A stretch of DNA of 64,000 nucleotides, taken from NCBI GenBank assembly GCA_964036045.1, contig OZ038379.1:13516001-13580000 (forward strand), in the 5' to 3' direction. The DNA comes from Eutreptiella sp. 'Long Island Sound 2002' (lineage: Eukaryota; Protista; Euglenida). This document shows positions 11,540 to 24,253 of the stretch, in pieces. The first letter of the stretch is position 1; every line of letters starts with the position of its first letter. The notes beneath the pieces are model-generated. The model made no database searches. It was not told the DNA's origin and saw only the letters and a list, made by a program, of their open reading frames with translations. The translations under genes and the position numbers were made by a program.

Positions 11540-13539
11540 GTACGTAATCTGCAGCGCCAGGCTGCTTGGGGTTTGGCTGATGACGGGCCGAGGGCGGGCA
11601 ACAACGCCAACAGTGGAGTGCACCCGAGGGGAGGGTGGCCCATGGCGATTGGAGGCTATTGGACAGTGGCAGGAGAGCGAACTGCCTTGATTCGGGGAAT
11701 GACTGTGTCTTGGTGATCAACGGCGTCAGCAGGGATCCCATGGCAGTTGGAGGCTGACTGCTCTTGGTTGCAGTTTGTGCCTGGTGCGGTTTGATGGGAC
11801 TGGGCAGCGGTTTGGATGGCGTTGTTGCATGGGTTCCGGACACCCATGATGCCCCCCCCCCCCCCCTGTTGCAGCAGCATTTCCTTGTCTAAGCACACCG
11901 ATTTATCTCGCTGTTTTCTACCGCAGCTTCTGTATTGGCATGCCAGCTTTTTTTTACACAACTTGGCCTCATTCAGTTTTCTGTTCCAAATTGCTCTTGT
12001 ACTCTTTGCGACTCCCTTTTTGGTGATCCTGAATGCACACGACATGGGTGCTGTAAAGCAGCAAGGCAACACGTGGTTATGGTACCATGCCTGCTCCCTG
12101 CATGTTTTTGTACTGTATGGTACTGAATTGTACGGAAATGTGCACCACGTGCATGGCGCCCTGCATTGAATTGTACTGACACTGCACTATGTATGCCCTG
12201 CCCACTTCAAGCTCTCTGAACAGTGCACACTGTTCCCTGTGCGCATGTCATGTTTTCGGGATTTTGTGGGGGAGATATTAGGCCCCAATTCAGTGCTGTG
12301 ATGGTGTAGCAGCACCATTTTGAGTATCCTGAATCCGTGGTGAATGTATTAGCGAAAAGTGATTTTAATCTGAAAAAAAACCCGGCCCACCTTTCGGTGC
12401 ACTGTTGACACAGTGGCACCCTCGTAGACTATATTTTTGCTCAGTTTTTCGACATTTGCTCAACTGCTTTACACCCGATGCATTGCCTCTTGATCCATTG
12501 TGGCGGTGTGTAGTGATGGGAAGGCATGTCGCATGGGCATTGATTCACCAAGCAGCAGCAAGCATGTGCCAGATGCTAAAAAGGCAGAACTCAGCAGGGA
12601 GGAATGATGCATGACTTGGCTACTTGACTACTTGACACGTGCAATGGAACCCCACAAACCTTGAGTAAACAAACTCAATGGCAGCCAAAAAGCGGTGCAG
12701 CCAGTTGAGGGTTGGAAAGCCTGTCAAAAGCAGTATTTCTGAAACTGTTTTGGGTCCAGAGACCACCAGGAAATATCAGCATCCATTTGGGGCCCAGTAG
12801 GACATATCAGCACCCATCCAGAGACCACCAGGAAATATCAGCCTCCATCCAGAGGCCTCCAAGAATAACAACATCACACTCCTCACTCCCAAATTTTCCC
12901 TTCGTTCCTAGGAGGAGGTCGTTTTGGGAATGTAGGGCACCTATGCTATGGTGGGTGCCATATGCATCAAAAGCAGCCAAATTGACCGTGTCAGGTCCAT
13001 TTTCGGCCCACAACGGGACACAAACAGGCCAATGATGGTCATCACAGCCAAGAGACATAGCCTTGAACAGCCATCCTTTCAGCTATTCCAAGTGGTCTCC
13101 ATTCACTTCGTGATGCGAATTGGCAACGCATTTTGCAACCCCCCATGCCCCTGATCTCAGCATGGGCCAGGGAGCCAGCTCACCTGGGTGACTCAATGCC
13201 CTTGGGGCAAGTTGTTGCCCGTGAGGTGAATCAAAGCTCCTAGTATGCGTCAACACCCCAGCGGTGAGTTAGTGTCCAGGTGTCATCTGTAATCTTGAGA
13301 TCTCGGGTCTTTCACCTCTAGCAGACAGCACTGTGCTTGCATGATGCAAACACTGGGTCTCCCCCCCCTCTGGGCAGGCAGTCTGGGGCTTAGTGACGTG
13401 AACGGAGCAAAAAGGAAAACAGTGCACAAAGGATTGTATTCTCTGGCACCTTTCTCCCAATGCAGCCCCCTCGCGTGTATACTGACAGTCATGCGCACGT
13501 TGACGCCCACCTCACGCTTAGGTTTGCCCGCTTCGCCAG
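11540..13539 (+). mobile_element. Near-identical copy of the complete HIRA intron 24254-26251 (GT...AG)
   Basis: Starts gtacgtaatctgcag and ends ttcgccag, as does 24254-26251. Flanks diverge within 2-3 nt on each side. Differences seen are a 2-nt C-run change and a G/T SNP (~12135 vs ~24847). Confidence 0.9.
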
Positions 13540-13920
13540 GAACGAGCGAGCAGTGCATCGAAAAGACCGCAATCGAGCGAGAGGAAAACGTTGCCGAAGT
13601 GTCCCGACAGGCGGAGCAGGGAAGAACAGGTGCGTTGCTGCGGCGAAGGGTGAGGTTGAGCCTCGGGTTTGCTGGGTACTACGGTACGGACCTCCAGTGC
13701 GGTACGTGGGGACAAGGTCCGGGGGCCCGCCACACTACAAGGAAGAGGCTCAAATGGGGGAGAGGCCCCGCCATGATGCTTAAGCCGGTTTCAGGTCCAC
13801 AGGGAGACCAGCATCCCCCATCGCAGCCCCCTAAACAGGGGTGTCCCGGGGGGTGAGCCAGTAGGCACCATGGGGAAGGTCATGCGCGCCGGATTGATGA
13901 TCATGCCTCCTCTTCCTCCT

Positions 13921-16900
13921 CGTACATTGGGACCCTCCCCTTGGGCACTGTACGTATCGTACATTGGGACCCCCCCCTTGGACACTGTCCATATTGTACA
14001 GCGGGACCCCCCCCTTGGGCAGGCACTGTACATATTGTACAGCGGGACGCCCCCCTTGGGCACTGTACATATGTTACATTGGGACCCTCCCCTTAGGCAC
14101 TGTACATATCGTACATTGGGACCCCCCCCCTTGGGCACTGTACATATCGTACATTGGGACCCCCCCCCTTGGGCACTGTAGATACCTTACATTGGGACCC
14201 CCCCCCCTTGGGCACTGTACATATCTTACATTGGGACCCTCCCCTTAGGCACTGTACATATCGTACATTGGGACCCCCCCCCTTGGGCACTGTAGATATC
14301 TTACATTGGGACCCCCCCCCCCTTGGGCACTGTACATATCTTACATTGGGACCCTCCCCTTAGGCACTGTACATATCGTACATTGGGATCCTCCCCTTGG
14401 GCACTGTACATATCGTACATTGGGACCCCCCCCCTTGGGCACTGTAGATATCTTACATTGGGACCCCCCCCCCCTTGGGCACTGTACATATCGTACATTG
14501 GGACCCCCCCCCCCTTGGGCACTGTACATATCGTACATTGGGATCCTCCCCTTGGGCACTGTACATATCGTACATTGGGACCCCCCCCCCTTGGGCAGTG
14601 TACATATTGTACATTGGCACCCTCCCCTTGGGCACTGTACATATCGTACGTTTGGACTCTCCCCTTGGGCACTGTACATATGGTACATTGGGACCCCACC
14701 CCTTGGGCACTGTACATATCGTACATTGGGACCCCCCCCCCTTGGGCAATGTACATATTGTACATTGGGACCCTCCTCTTCGGCACTGTACATATCATAC
14801 GTGGGGACTCTCCCCTTGGGCAATGTACATATGGTACATTGGGACCCCACCCCTTGGGCACTGTACATATCGTACATTGGGACCCCACCCCTTGGGCACT
14901 GTACATATCGTACATTGGGACCCCCCCCCCCTTGGGCAATGTACATATTGTACATTGGGACCCTCATCTTGGGCACTGTACATATCGCGCATTGGGACCC
15001 TCCCCTTGGGCACTGTACATATTGTACATTGGGACCGTCCACTTGGGCACCGTACATATCGTACATCGGGACCCTCCCCCTTTGGCAGTGTACATATCGT
15101 ACATTGGGACCCTCCCCTGGGGCAATGTACATATCGTACATTGGGATCCTCCCCTTGGGCACTGTACATATCGTACATTGGGACCCTTCCCCTTTGGCAG
15201 TGTACATATTGTACATTGGGACCCTCCCCTTGGGCACTGTACATATCGTACATTGGGATCCTCCCCTTGGGCACTGTACATATTGTACATTGGGACCGTC
15301 CGCTTGGGCACTGTACATATCGTACATTGGGACCCTCCCCCTTTGGCAGTGTACATATCGTACATTGGGACCCTCCCCTGGGGCACTGTATATATCGTAC
15401 ATTGGGATCCTCCCCTTGGGCACTGTACATATCATACATTGGGACCCTGCCCCTTTGGCAGTGTACATATTGTACATTGGGACCCTCCCCTTGGGCACTG
15501 TACATATCGTACATTGGGACCGTCCACTTGGGCAATGTACATATCGTACATTGGGACCCTCCCCCTTTGGCAGTGTACATATCGTACATTGGGACCCTCC
15601 CCTTGGGCACTGTATATATATCGCACATTGGGACCCCCCCCTTGGGCACCGTACATATCGTACATTCGGACCCCCCCCCCTTGGGCACTGTACATATCGT
15701 ACATTGGGACCCCCCCCTTGGGCACCGTACACATCGTACATTCGGACCCCCCCCCTTTGGGCACTGTACATATCGTACATTGGGACCCCCCCCTTGGACA
15801 CTGTACATATCGTACATTGGGACCCCCCCCCTTGGGCACTGTACATATCGTACATTGACCCCCCCTTTCGTGCACTGTACATATCGTACATGCCCGCCCC
15901 CCCTTGGGCGCTGTACATATCGTACATTTGCACCCTCCCCTTCGGCACTGTACATATCTTACATTGGGACCCCCCCTTTGGGCACTGTACATGTCATACA
16001 TTGGGACCCCCGCCCTTGGGCACTGTACATATCGTACATTGGGACCCTCCCCTTGAGAATTGTACGTATTGTACATTGGGACCCCCCCTTTTGTGCGCTG
16101 TACATATTGTACATGCCCCCCTCCCCTTGGGCGCTGTACATATCGTACATTGGGACCCTCCCCTTGGGCACTGTACATGTCATACATTGGGATCCCCCCT
16201 TGGGCACTGTACATATTGTACATTGGGACCCTTCCCCTTGGGCACTGTACATATCGTACATTGGGACCCCCCCCCCTTGGGCACTGTAGATATTGTACAT
16301 TGGGACCCTCCCCTTGGGCACTGTACATATGGTACATTAGGACCCCCCTTTTTCGGCACTGTACATATGGTACATGCCCCCCTCCCTTGGGCGCTGTACA
16401 TATCGTACATTGGGACCCTCCCTTTGCGCACTGTACATGTCATACATCGGGACCGTCCCCTTGGGCACTGTACATATTGTACATTGGGACCCTCCCCTCA
16501 GGCACTGTACATATCGTACATTGGGAACCCACCCCTTGGGCACTGTACGCATTGTGCATCAGGAATCTCCCCCTTTGGCAGTGTACATGTCGTACGTAGG
16601 GAAACCCCCCCTTGGGCACTGTACATATCGTACATTGGGACCCTCCCCTTGCGCGATGTACACATTGTACATTGGGACCCTCCCCCTTGGCTATTGTACG
16701 TATCGTACATTGGGACCCCCCCCTTGGGCACTGTACATATCGTACATTGGGACCCCCCCTTTTGGGCACTGTACATATTGTACATGCCCCGCCCCCGTTG
16801 GGCATTGTACATATCGTACATTGGGACCCTCCCCTTGGGCACTGTACATATTGTACACCCGGACGCCACACCTTGGGCACTGTACATATCGTACATTGCC

Positions 16901-19900
16901 CCCCCCCCTTTTGCGCACTGTACATATCGTACATTGGGACCCCCCCCCCTAATGGGCACTGTACATATTGTACATTGGGACCCTTGCCCTGTTGGGCACT
17001 GTACATATCGTACATTGGGACCCCCCCTTTTGGGCACTGTACATATCGTACATTGGAACTCTCCCCTTGGGCACTGTACATATCGTACATTGGCACCCCC
17101 CCCCCTTGGGCACTGTACATATCGTACATTGGGACCCCCCCCCCCTTGGGCACTGTACATATCGTACATTGGGACCCTTGCCCTGTTGGGCACTGTACAT
17201 ATCGTACATTGGGACCCCCCCTTCTGGGCACTGTACATATCGTACATTGGAACTCTCCCCTTGGGCACTGTACTTATCGTACATTGGGACCCCCCCCTCT
17301 TGGGCACAGTACATATTGTACATTGGGACCCCCCCCCTTGGGCACTGTACATATTGTACCTTGGGACCCTCCCCTTGGGCACTGTACATATTGTACATTG
17401 GGACCCTCCCCTTGGGCACCATACATATCGTACATTGGGACCCTCCCCTTGGGCACTGTACATATTGTACATTGGGACCCTCCTCATGGGCCATATACAT
17501 ATCTTACATAGGCACCCCCCCCCTTGGGCACTGTACATATTGTACCTTGGGACCCTCTTCTTGGGCACTGTACATATTGTACATTGGGACCCTCCCCTTG
17601 GGCACTGTACATATCGTACATTGGGACCCTCCCCTTGGGCACTGTACACATTGTACATTGGGACCCTCCCCTTGGGCACTGTACACATTGTACATTGGGA
17701 CCCTCCCCTTGGGCACTGTACATATTGGACATTGGGACCCTCCCCTTGGGCACTGTATATATTGTACATGGGGACCCTCCTCTTAGGCACTGTACATATC
17801 GTACATTGGGACCCCCCCCCCTTGGGCAATGTACATATCGTACATTGGGACCCTCCCCTTGGGCACTGTACATATCGTACATCGGGACCCTCCCCTTGGG
17901 CACTGTACATTTTGTACATTGGGACCCTCCCCTTGGGCACTGTACATATTGTACATTGGGACCTCTCCCCTTGGGCAATGTACATATTGTACATTGGGAC
18001 TCTCCCCTTGGGCACTGTAGATATCTTACATTGGGACCCCCCCCCCTTGGGCACTGTACATATTGTACATTGGGACCTCTCCCCTTGGGCAATGTACACA
18101 TTGTACATTGGGACCCTCCCCTTGGGCACTGTACATATTGGACATTGGGACCCTCCCCTTGGGCACTGTATATATTGTACATGGGGACCCTCCTCTTAGG
18201 CACTGTACATATCGTACATTGGGACCCCCCCCCCCTTGGGCAATGTACATATCGTACATTGGGACCCTCCCCTTGGGTACTGTACATATCGTACATTGGG
18301 ACCCTCCCCTTGGGCACTGTACATATTGTACATTGGGACCCTCCCCTTGGGCACTGTACATATTGTACATTGGGACCTCTCCCCTTGGGCAATGTACATA
18401 TTGTACATTGGGACTTTCCCCTTGGGCACTGTAGATATCTTACATTGGGACCCCCCCCCCCTTGGGCACTGTACATATCTTACATTGGGACCCTCCCCTT
18501 AGGCACTGTACATATCGTACATTGGGACCCCCCCCCCTTGGGCACTGTAGATATCTTACATTGCCCCCCCCCCTTGGGCACTGTACATATCTTACATTGG
18601 GACCCCCCCCCTTGGGCACTGTACATATCGTACATTGGGACCCCCCCCCTTGGGCACTGTACATATCGTACATTGGGACCCCCCCCCCTTGGGCACTGTA
18701 CATATTGTACATTGGGACCCTCCCCTTGGGCACTGTACATATCGTACGTTTGGACTCTCCCCTTGGGCACTGTACATATGGTACATTGGGACCCCACCCC
18801 TTGGGCACTGTACATATCGTACATTGGGACCCTCCCCTTGGGCACTGTACATATCGTACATTGGGACCCACCCCCTTGGGCACTGTACATATCGTACATT
18901 GGGACCACCTCCCCTTGGGCAATGTACATATTGTACATTGGGACCCTCCTCTTGGGCACTGTACATATCATACGTGGGGACTCTCCCCTTGGGCAATGTA
19001 CATATGGTACATTGGGACCCAACCCCTTGGGCACTGTACATATCGTACATTGGGACCCCACCCCTTGGGCACTGTACATATCGTACATTGGGACCCCCCC
19101 CCCTTGGGCAATGTACATATTGTCCATTGGGACCCTCATCTTGGGCACTGTACATATCGCGCATTGGGACCCCCCCCTTGGGCACTGTACATATTGTACA
19201 TTGGGACCGTCCACTTGGGCACCGTACATATCGTACATCGGGACCCTCCCCCTTTGGCAATGTACATATCGTACATTGGGACCCTCCCCTGGGGCAATGT
19301 ACATATCGTACATTGGGATCCTCCCCTTGGGCACTGTACATATCGTACATTGGGACCCTTCCCCTTTGGCAGTGGACATATTGTACATTGGGACCCTCCC
19401 CTGGGGCACTGTACATATCGTACATTGGGATCCTCCCCTTGGGCACTGTACATATTGTACATTGGGACCGTCCGCTTGGGCACTGTACATATCGTACATT
19501 GGGACCCTCCCCCTTTGGCAGTGTACATATCGTACATTGGGACCCTCCCCTGGGGCACTGTATATATCGTACATTGGGATCCTCCCCTTGGGCACTGTAC
19601 ATATCATACATTGGGACCCTGCCCCTTTGGCAGTGTACATATTGTACATTGGGACCCTCACCTTGGTCACTGTACATATCGTACATTGGGACCGTCCACT
19701 TGGGCAATGTACATATCGTACATTGGGACCCTCCCCCTTGGGCACTGTACATATCGTACATTGGGACCCTCCCCTTGGGTACTGTACATATCGTACATTG
19801 GGACCCTCCCCTTGGGCACTGTACATATCGTACATTGGGACCCTCCCCTTGGGCAATGTACATATTGTACATTGGGACCCCCCCGCCTTGGGCGCTATAC

Positions 19901-20266
19901 ATATCGTACATCGGGAGCCCCTCCTTGGGTATTGTACATATCGTACATTGGGACCCTCCCCTTGGGCACTGTATATATATCGCACATTGGGACCCCCCCC
20001 TTGGGCACCGTACACATCGTACATTCGGACCCCCCCCCTTTGGGCACTGTACATATCGTACATTGGGACCCCCCCCTTGGACACTGTACATATCGTACAT
20101 TGGGACCCCCCCCCTTGGGCACTGTACATATCGTACATTGGGACCCCCCCTTTCGTGCACTGTACATATCGTACATGCCCGCCCCCCCTTGGGCGCTGTA
20201 CATATCGTACATTTGCACCCTCCCCTTCGGCACTGTACATATCTTACATTGGGACCCCTTCCCCTT
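13921..20266. repeat. Minisatellite array, consensus gggcactgtacatatcgtacattgggaccctcccctt (37 bp; variants ~36-41), roughly 165 units
   Basis: Direct reading. There are no unique spacers. Variant-marked blocks at ~14.6-15.97k recur at ~18.7-20.25k. Confidence 0.98.
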
Positions 20267-23248
20267 CTCCCTCCCCTCTTGTGTCAAACACCTATGGCTG
20301 TGGGGCCCAGCATATGAGGTCCCTGTTGTACAGTCCAACTTCCCCTCCCTCTCCACCGTTGGATGGTCCAAAGGTTCTACAGTCTGGCACCTGCTTGGAA
20401 GTCAAGAGGCACAGCGATCAGTCGATGAAACGCAAATCCTTAGAATTCACCTGATTCTCCAAGAGGCGGGGCACATTTCACTGTCCATACCACGCATTCC
20501 TGAAGTCCCCCTCGTTGTGCGAGCACTCACTATCCAGATGCAAGCCGCACTCGACAACAAAAATCTGGGGCGGTGGGCAGAACTAATGCAGGCCAGGAAC
20601 CGATATCTACCGATATCTACCCTTCCTGTCCCACCCTGCACTGGCAATGGCCAGGAGACTGAGTCATGTACACCGCTGGTTCATTTCCCTGACGCCCCCC
20701 CGCAATGTCATCTACCTGGTGTACAATATATGGCTTCAGGTGGTGTACATTGGCCTCACCACAGGGGCCCTGGTTAGCCGGTTGAGGAAACACATGACTG
20801 ACAGTCTGGCTGACGTGGATTGTGCCACCTTGCACAAACACATGGCGAAAACGGACCTCTCAGGCTGGGGAATTCTTCCACTGCAATGGGTCGAGGACGA
20901 CTGGCACGCGAGTGTGCGTGAACGACACTGGTGGTGGATTTTCAGGCGCTGGGCTTGCAACGACGTCCCACCAGGAATTAGTACCCAGGGTGAGGGATCC
21001 AAATCTCGAGGTTGGCTTAACCAAAGAGTGCTGGCGGCTCTGCAGGGTATCCGTGATGCGACTGGCCACGAGTGAAGTTTCTTCAGTCAGAACTCCAGGA
21101 CCTGGCTAACCGTCTCTCTATCCCATTGTATGTCCTTGGTCACATGACCGTACCCAATCTAACCCCAAATCAAAATGCGGCAATTCACAGAGTTATACGC
21201 GCAATGGTGAAATCATGCAACATTGCAGCGTGGGAAAAACAAGCGCTACACAAGGCCGTACGAGTGGTACGCTCCAACCCAGTCACAGTGCGAAGTCTTT
21301 TTGAAAAACAGAGTAGGAAAGGAGACCGAGAGGCCCAAACACCACAATGCTCATGCGCCAGCATCACATCAGAGCACGGCCACGTCATTGAAATTGAAGG
21401 CCACAAAGCGCTTATCCCTGTGTACGTTCAGGGCCTCGATGCAACTACCCTCCGCCCCAATGACTCCCTACCACTAAAGGGCACTAAAGTCAGAGCGCGC
21501 CTTTTCAAGGACATTACTAAAATAGCAGGACAGATCGGGGCAGAAGTGCCTAACCTCCAGCACATGCTACCCTCAACCCTGTGGTGTGAGTCAGGGTCCA
21601 CTGTGCGCCACGTGGAGCAGCAAGCAGCAGCCATCTCTGCCTCCCACTACGTACGAATCGTGGACAAGGGGGTGGGGGTCATGTGGGGATTTTGCCGTCA
21701 GTGGATGTGGGATATACTCGAGGAATTCCTGATCCAGGAAGGGTATACCAGATGCACCCAGTCCCAACAGCACATCACAGCACGGATACTGAAGATCATA
21801 CAGTCCAACAGCTAGGACAATGACCCAGTTGGGCGCATCGCCTCCCTGTACCTCATCGGCAAAGCAAAAAGTCTGGTTAAACAGAAATGGCTCTGGAGAC
21901 CCATCGCCGCACTCCCGAAACCCCTCTTACCAAAAAAGGACCTCACAATCGCAGCCAGAGCCATGACCACATTTCTGAAACTGGTGGCAGAGGAGACCCC
22001 TGGAAACTTCATGGTCCACCCAGTTAATCGCGTGGCTGACTGGTTTCATTGGTTGCATCAGTTGGTTGCTCTTATATTGTTGAACTGGACTGCAAAGACC
22101 AGTTCAACCACGTACCCCCCAGTTGTGTGGAGTCACACATGGCCGAGTCCAGCAAGTGGCTCGCCAAGCGGCGTTGCTGGCGCATGAAAGACATCTGCTG
22201 GAGTGTCCACAGAGACAGTAAAAAGTTGGACAGGGCAGGGCAGGGGGCCTCAGGAAAATTTTGGTACATCACACACGGGGACCTCAGCAACAAAATAAAT
22301 TTCGAGCTACAAAACAACAACTATGTGACCGCGGCAGGGTCCCTGTGGCAAAGGACAGGGTGTATTCCCATGGGCGGGTCATTCTCCGCACAGGCGGCGG
22401 ACCTGCACTGCCAGTGGGGGGTGTACATGAACAGGGCGTGCTTCAGAGACCTTGGGGAACTCCGCATCACTGACACAGGTTTCATATACTGGGATACCCC
22501 CTGGGGAGCACTCACACTGTGCCAATTTCGAGACAACATTCTTATGGCCACAGCCTTTGCCGACACCCCAGCCATCAAAATAGTTAAACGTGTGTGCCAC
22601 CTCCTACAGCGATGCTGGAACCTGCGGGTGCTGTGTCCATGTGATACACCGTGTACCCAATCCTGTCTCCAATCCTCCACGACAGCTATGGGTTTCTGCA
22701 TGGTATGTTCAACGGATGGGGAACCCACGGCGTACACACATCCGAGTTCGCTGGATAGTGCATGGGATCTAAAAATGGGCCCCCCACTGATGACGCCGAC
22801 CCACGCCTCCCAACAGTACCTGCGGACAGTCCTCACAGGCGTTTTATGTAACTCCCGCCAATGGTGTCGAACCCCCCTTGCACAGCTCTTGACGGTGACA
22901 GCGTGGGGCCAAGTGTCAATTAAATCGGGCTACAGTCCCAGAGCCCTCAGGCGGGCCATGCACGCTGCGATCATCAGGGGCCTGGCAGCCTCAGACCACC
23001 AACCACAGTTCGTGGTGCGATTCATGCACCACATATCCGAGCTCCTACCCCTTCCACGATGCTGTGCTATCCACAGAGTGCTCCAATGGGTGAAACGACA
23101 TGGCCAGTGGGCAGGAGGGGCATATGCCACATGGGTGCTCCCGAAACACCTGGCACAAGTGGGTATCACAGGAGACTGGAGCCACGACTACACCCCCCTC
23201 CACGATCATTGGGTCTCGGTAAAACAACCGGGACATGTGTGTGTGTGA
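20267..23248 (+). pseudogene. Penelope-like retroelement ORF with N-terminal GIY-YIG endonuclease followed by RT; frameshifted and with a premature stop
   Basis: GIY-YIG: RNVIYLVY-x-YIGLT-x-RLRKH...RERHW...CND at ~20700-20970. CSC..HGHV motif at ~21350. RT motifs: LYLIGK..WRPIAA (~21845-21910), ELDCKDQF, GCIPMGGSFS, QFRDNIL. Frameshifts near 20640, 21060 and 22060; TAG at 21813. Confidence 0.85.
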
Positions 23249-23697
23249 TCGCGCGGTTACGTGTGGTCCATGACCCTGCCTGCATGGCCTCCCCTGTCTC
23301 CCCAGTCTCCCCTGTATGCCTACCTCCCCTCCAAAGACAGTCAATCCAGGGGCATGTAAGTGATGCTGCAAGGTACACAATGTCCTCCCCTCCTCAGACC
23401 TAAAGGTAGTGACGACAGGGAACACTGCAGTGACTCCATGAGAACAGTGGATGAGAAACAATGTGCCCTGTCCCGTTACCTTTCAGAAAGGCGCCTAGCC
23501 TCCATGACAATTTTGTAATTGTGGCCTGACGAGTCGTTTTGATCAGTGCCTGCCTGTCTGCGATCAACAGTGGGTTGGGTTCTCTTGATCACTGTCACGA
23601 AGTGTGTGTGTGTGTGTGTGTGTGTGTGCCTCATCTGATCCCCATGGCCATTTTTTGTGTGTGTGTGTGTGTGGTTGGGTGGTTGCACCTAACACAG

Positions 23698-23781
23698 GTT
23701 GATATTTTGGGCAGTCATGAACACGAACTCCTCCAAGGGGTATTTCCTGGTCTGTTGTACAGTGCAGAACTGAATACGGGA
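23698..23781 (+). CDS. Possible additional upstream HIRA exon (VDILGSHEHELLQGVFPGLLYSAELNTG)
   Basis: Bounded by acacAG and GTaggt in phase 0, compatible with the exon at 24167. Similarity to HIRA is weak. Confidence 0.25.
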
Positions 23782-24166
23782 GTAGGTGAGGGCACAAGCA
23801 CATGCTGCGTCGCGCTGAACCCACTGTCCAGAACTGCATTTGCTCTTTCTCTACCAACAGACCGAAAGACGTCTAGGACAGCTCTGCTGTTCCTGAGGAG
23901 TTTTCTTTCACCGCTTTTCTTGCTCTGTTCTTGTTTGCGGTTCTCGTCGTGTGTGTGCCTCATGTCAACCACCAGCCACATGTTTGACACCTGCCGGCAC
24001 CTGCCAAAAATTTTGCCGACACCTGCCGACACCTGCCATGGCAGGTGTTAGCTTCAGGTATGGTTCTGCCTGTACGTTCCTTTACCCCGCCTCCCCAAAA
24101 CCTCTCCCTTCACCCTGAAGGACCCCCGCATTTCCCGCACTCAATCCAGCCACATCCTTGTCACAG

Positions 24167-24253
24167 GTCCTGACAGACGCTGAGTTCAACAGCGAACAGA
24201 CGACCCCTGATGGCCGCAAGCGCCAGCGTATCCAGCCCATCAACCACTTGTCG
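24167..24253 (+). CDS. HIRA: HIRA exon containing the B-domain (ASF1-binding motif)
   Basis: tcacAG|VLTDAEFNSEQTTPDGRKRQRIQPINHLS|GTacgt resembles the B-domain consensus (QxETxTxDGRRRITP). Confidence 0.75.

Noticed and set aside
13921-20266. CRISPR-like array (37-bp repeat with dyads)
   Set aside because: Units are head-to-tail without unique spacers, there are no cas genes, and the context is eukaryotic.
13870-20454. Very long ORFs (up to 1297 aa) on both strands
   Set aside because: They are translations of the stop-free 37-bp minisatellite and give no evidence of coding.
21073-21075. TGA after the GIY-YIG domain as possible selenocysteine (as in Naiads)
   Set aside because: The downstream protein continues in another frame, so this is a frameshift rather than in-frame recoding.
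23526-23605. Hammerhead candidate CTGACGAG downstream of the PLE
   Set aside because: There is no proper stem II closing onto GAAA; the nearest match is GAAG.
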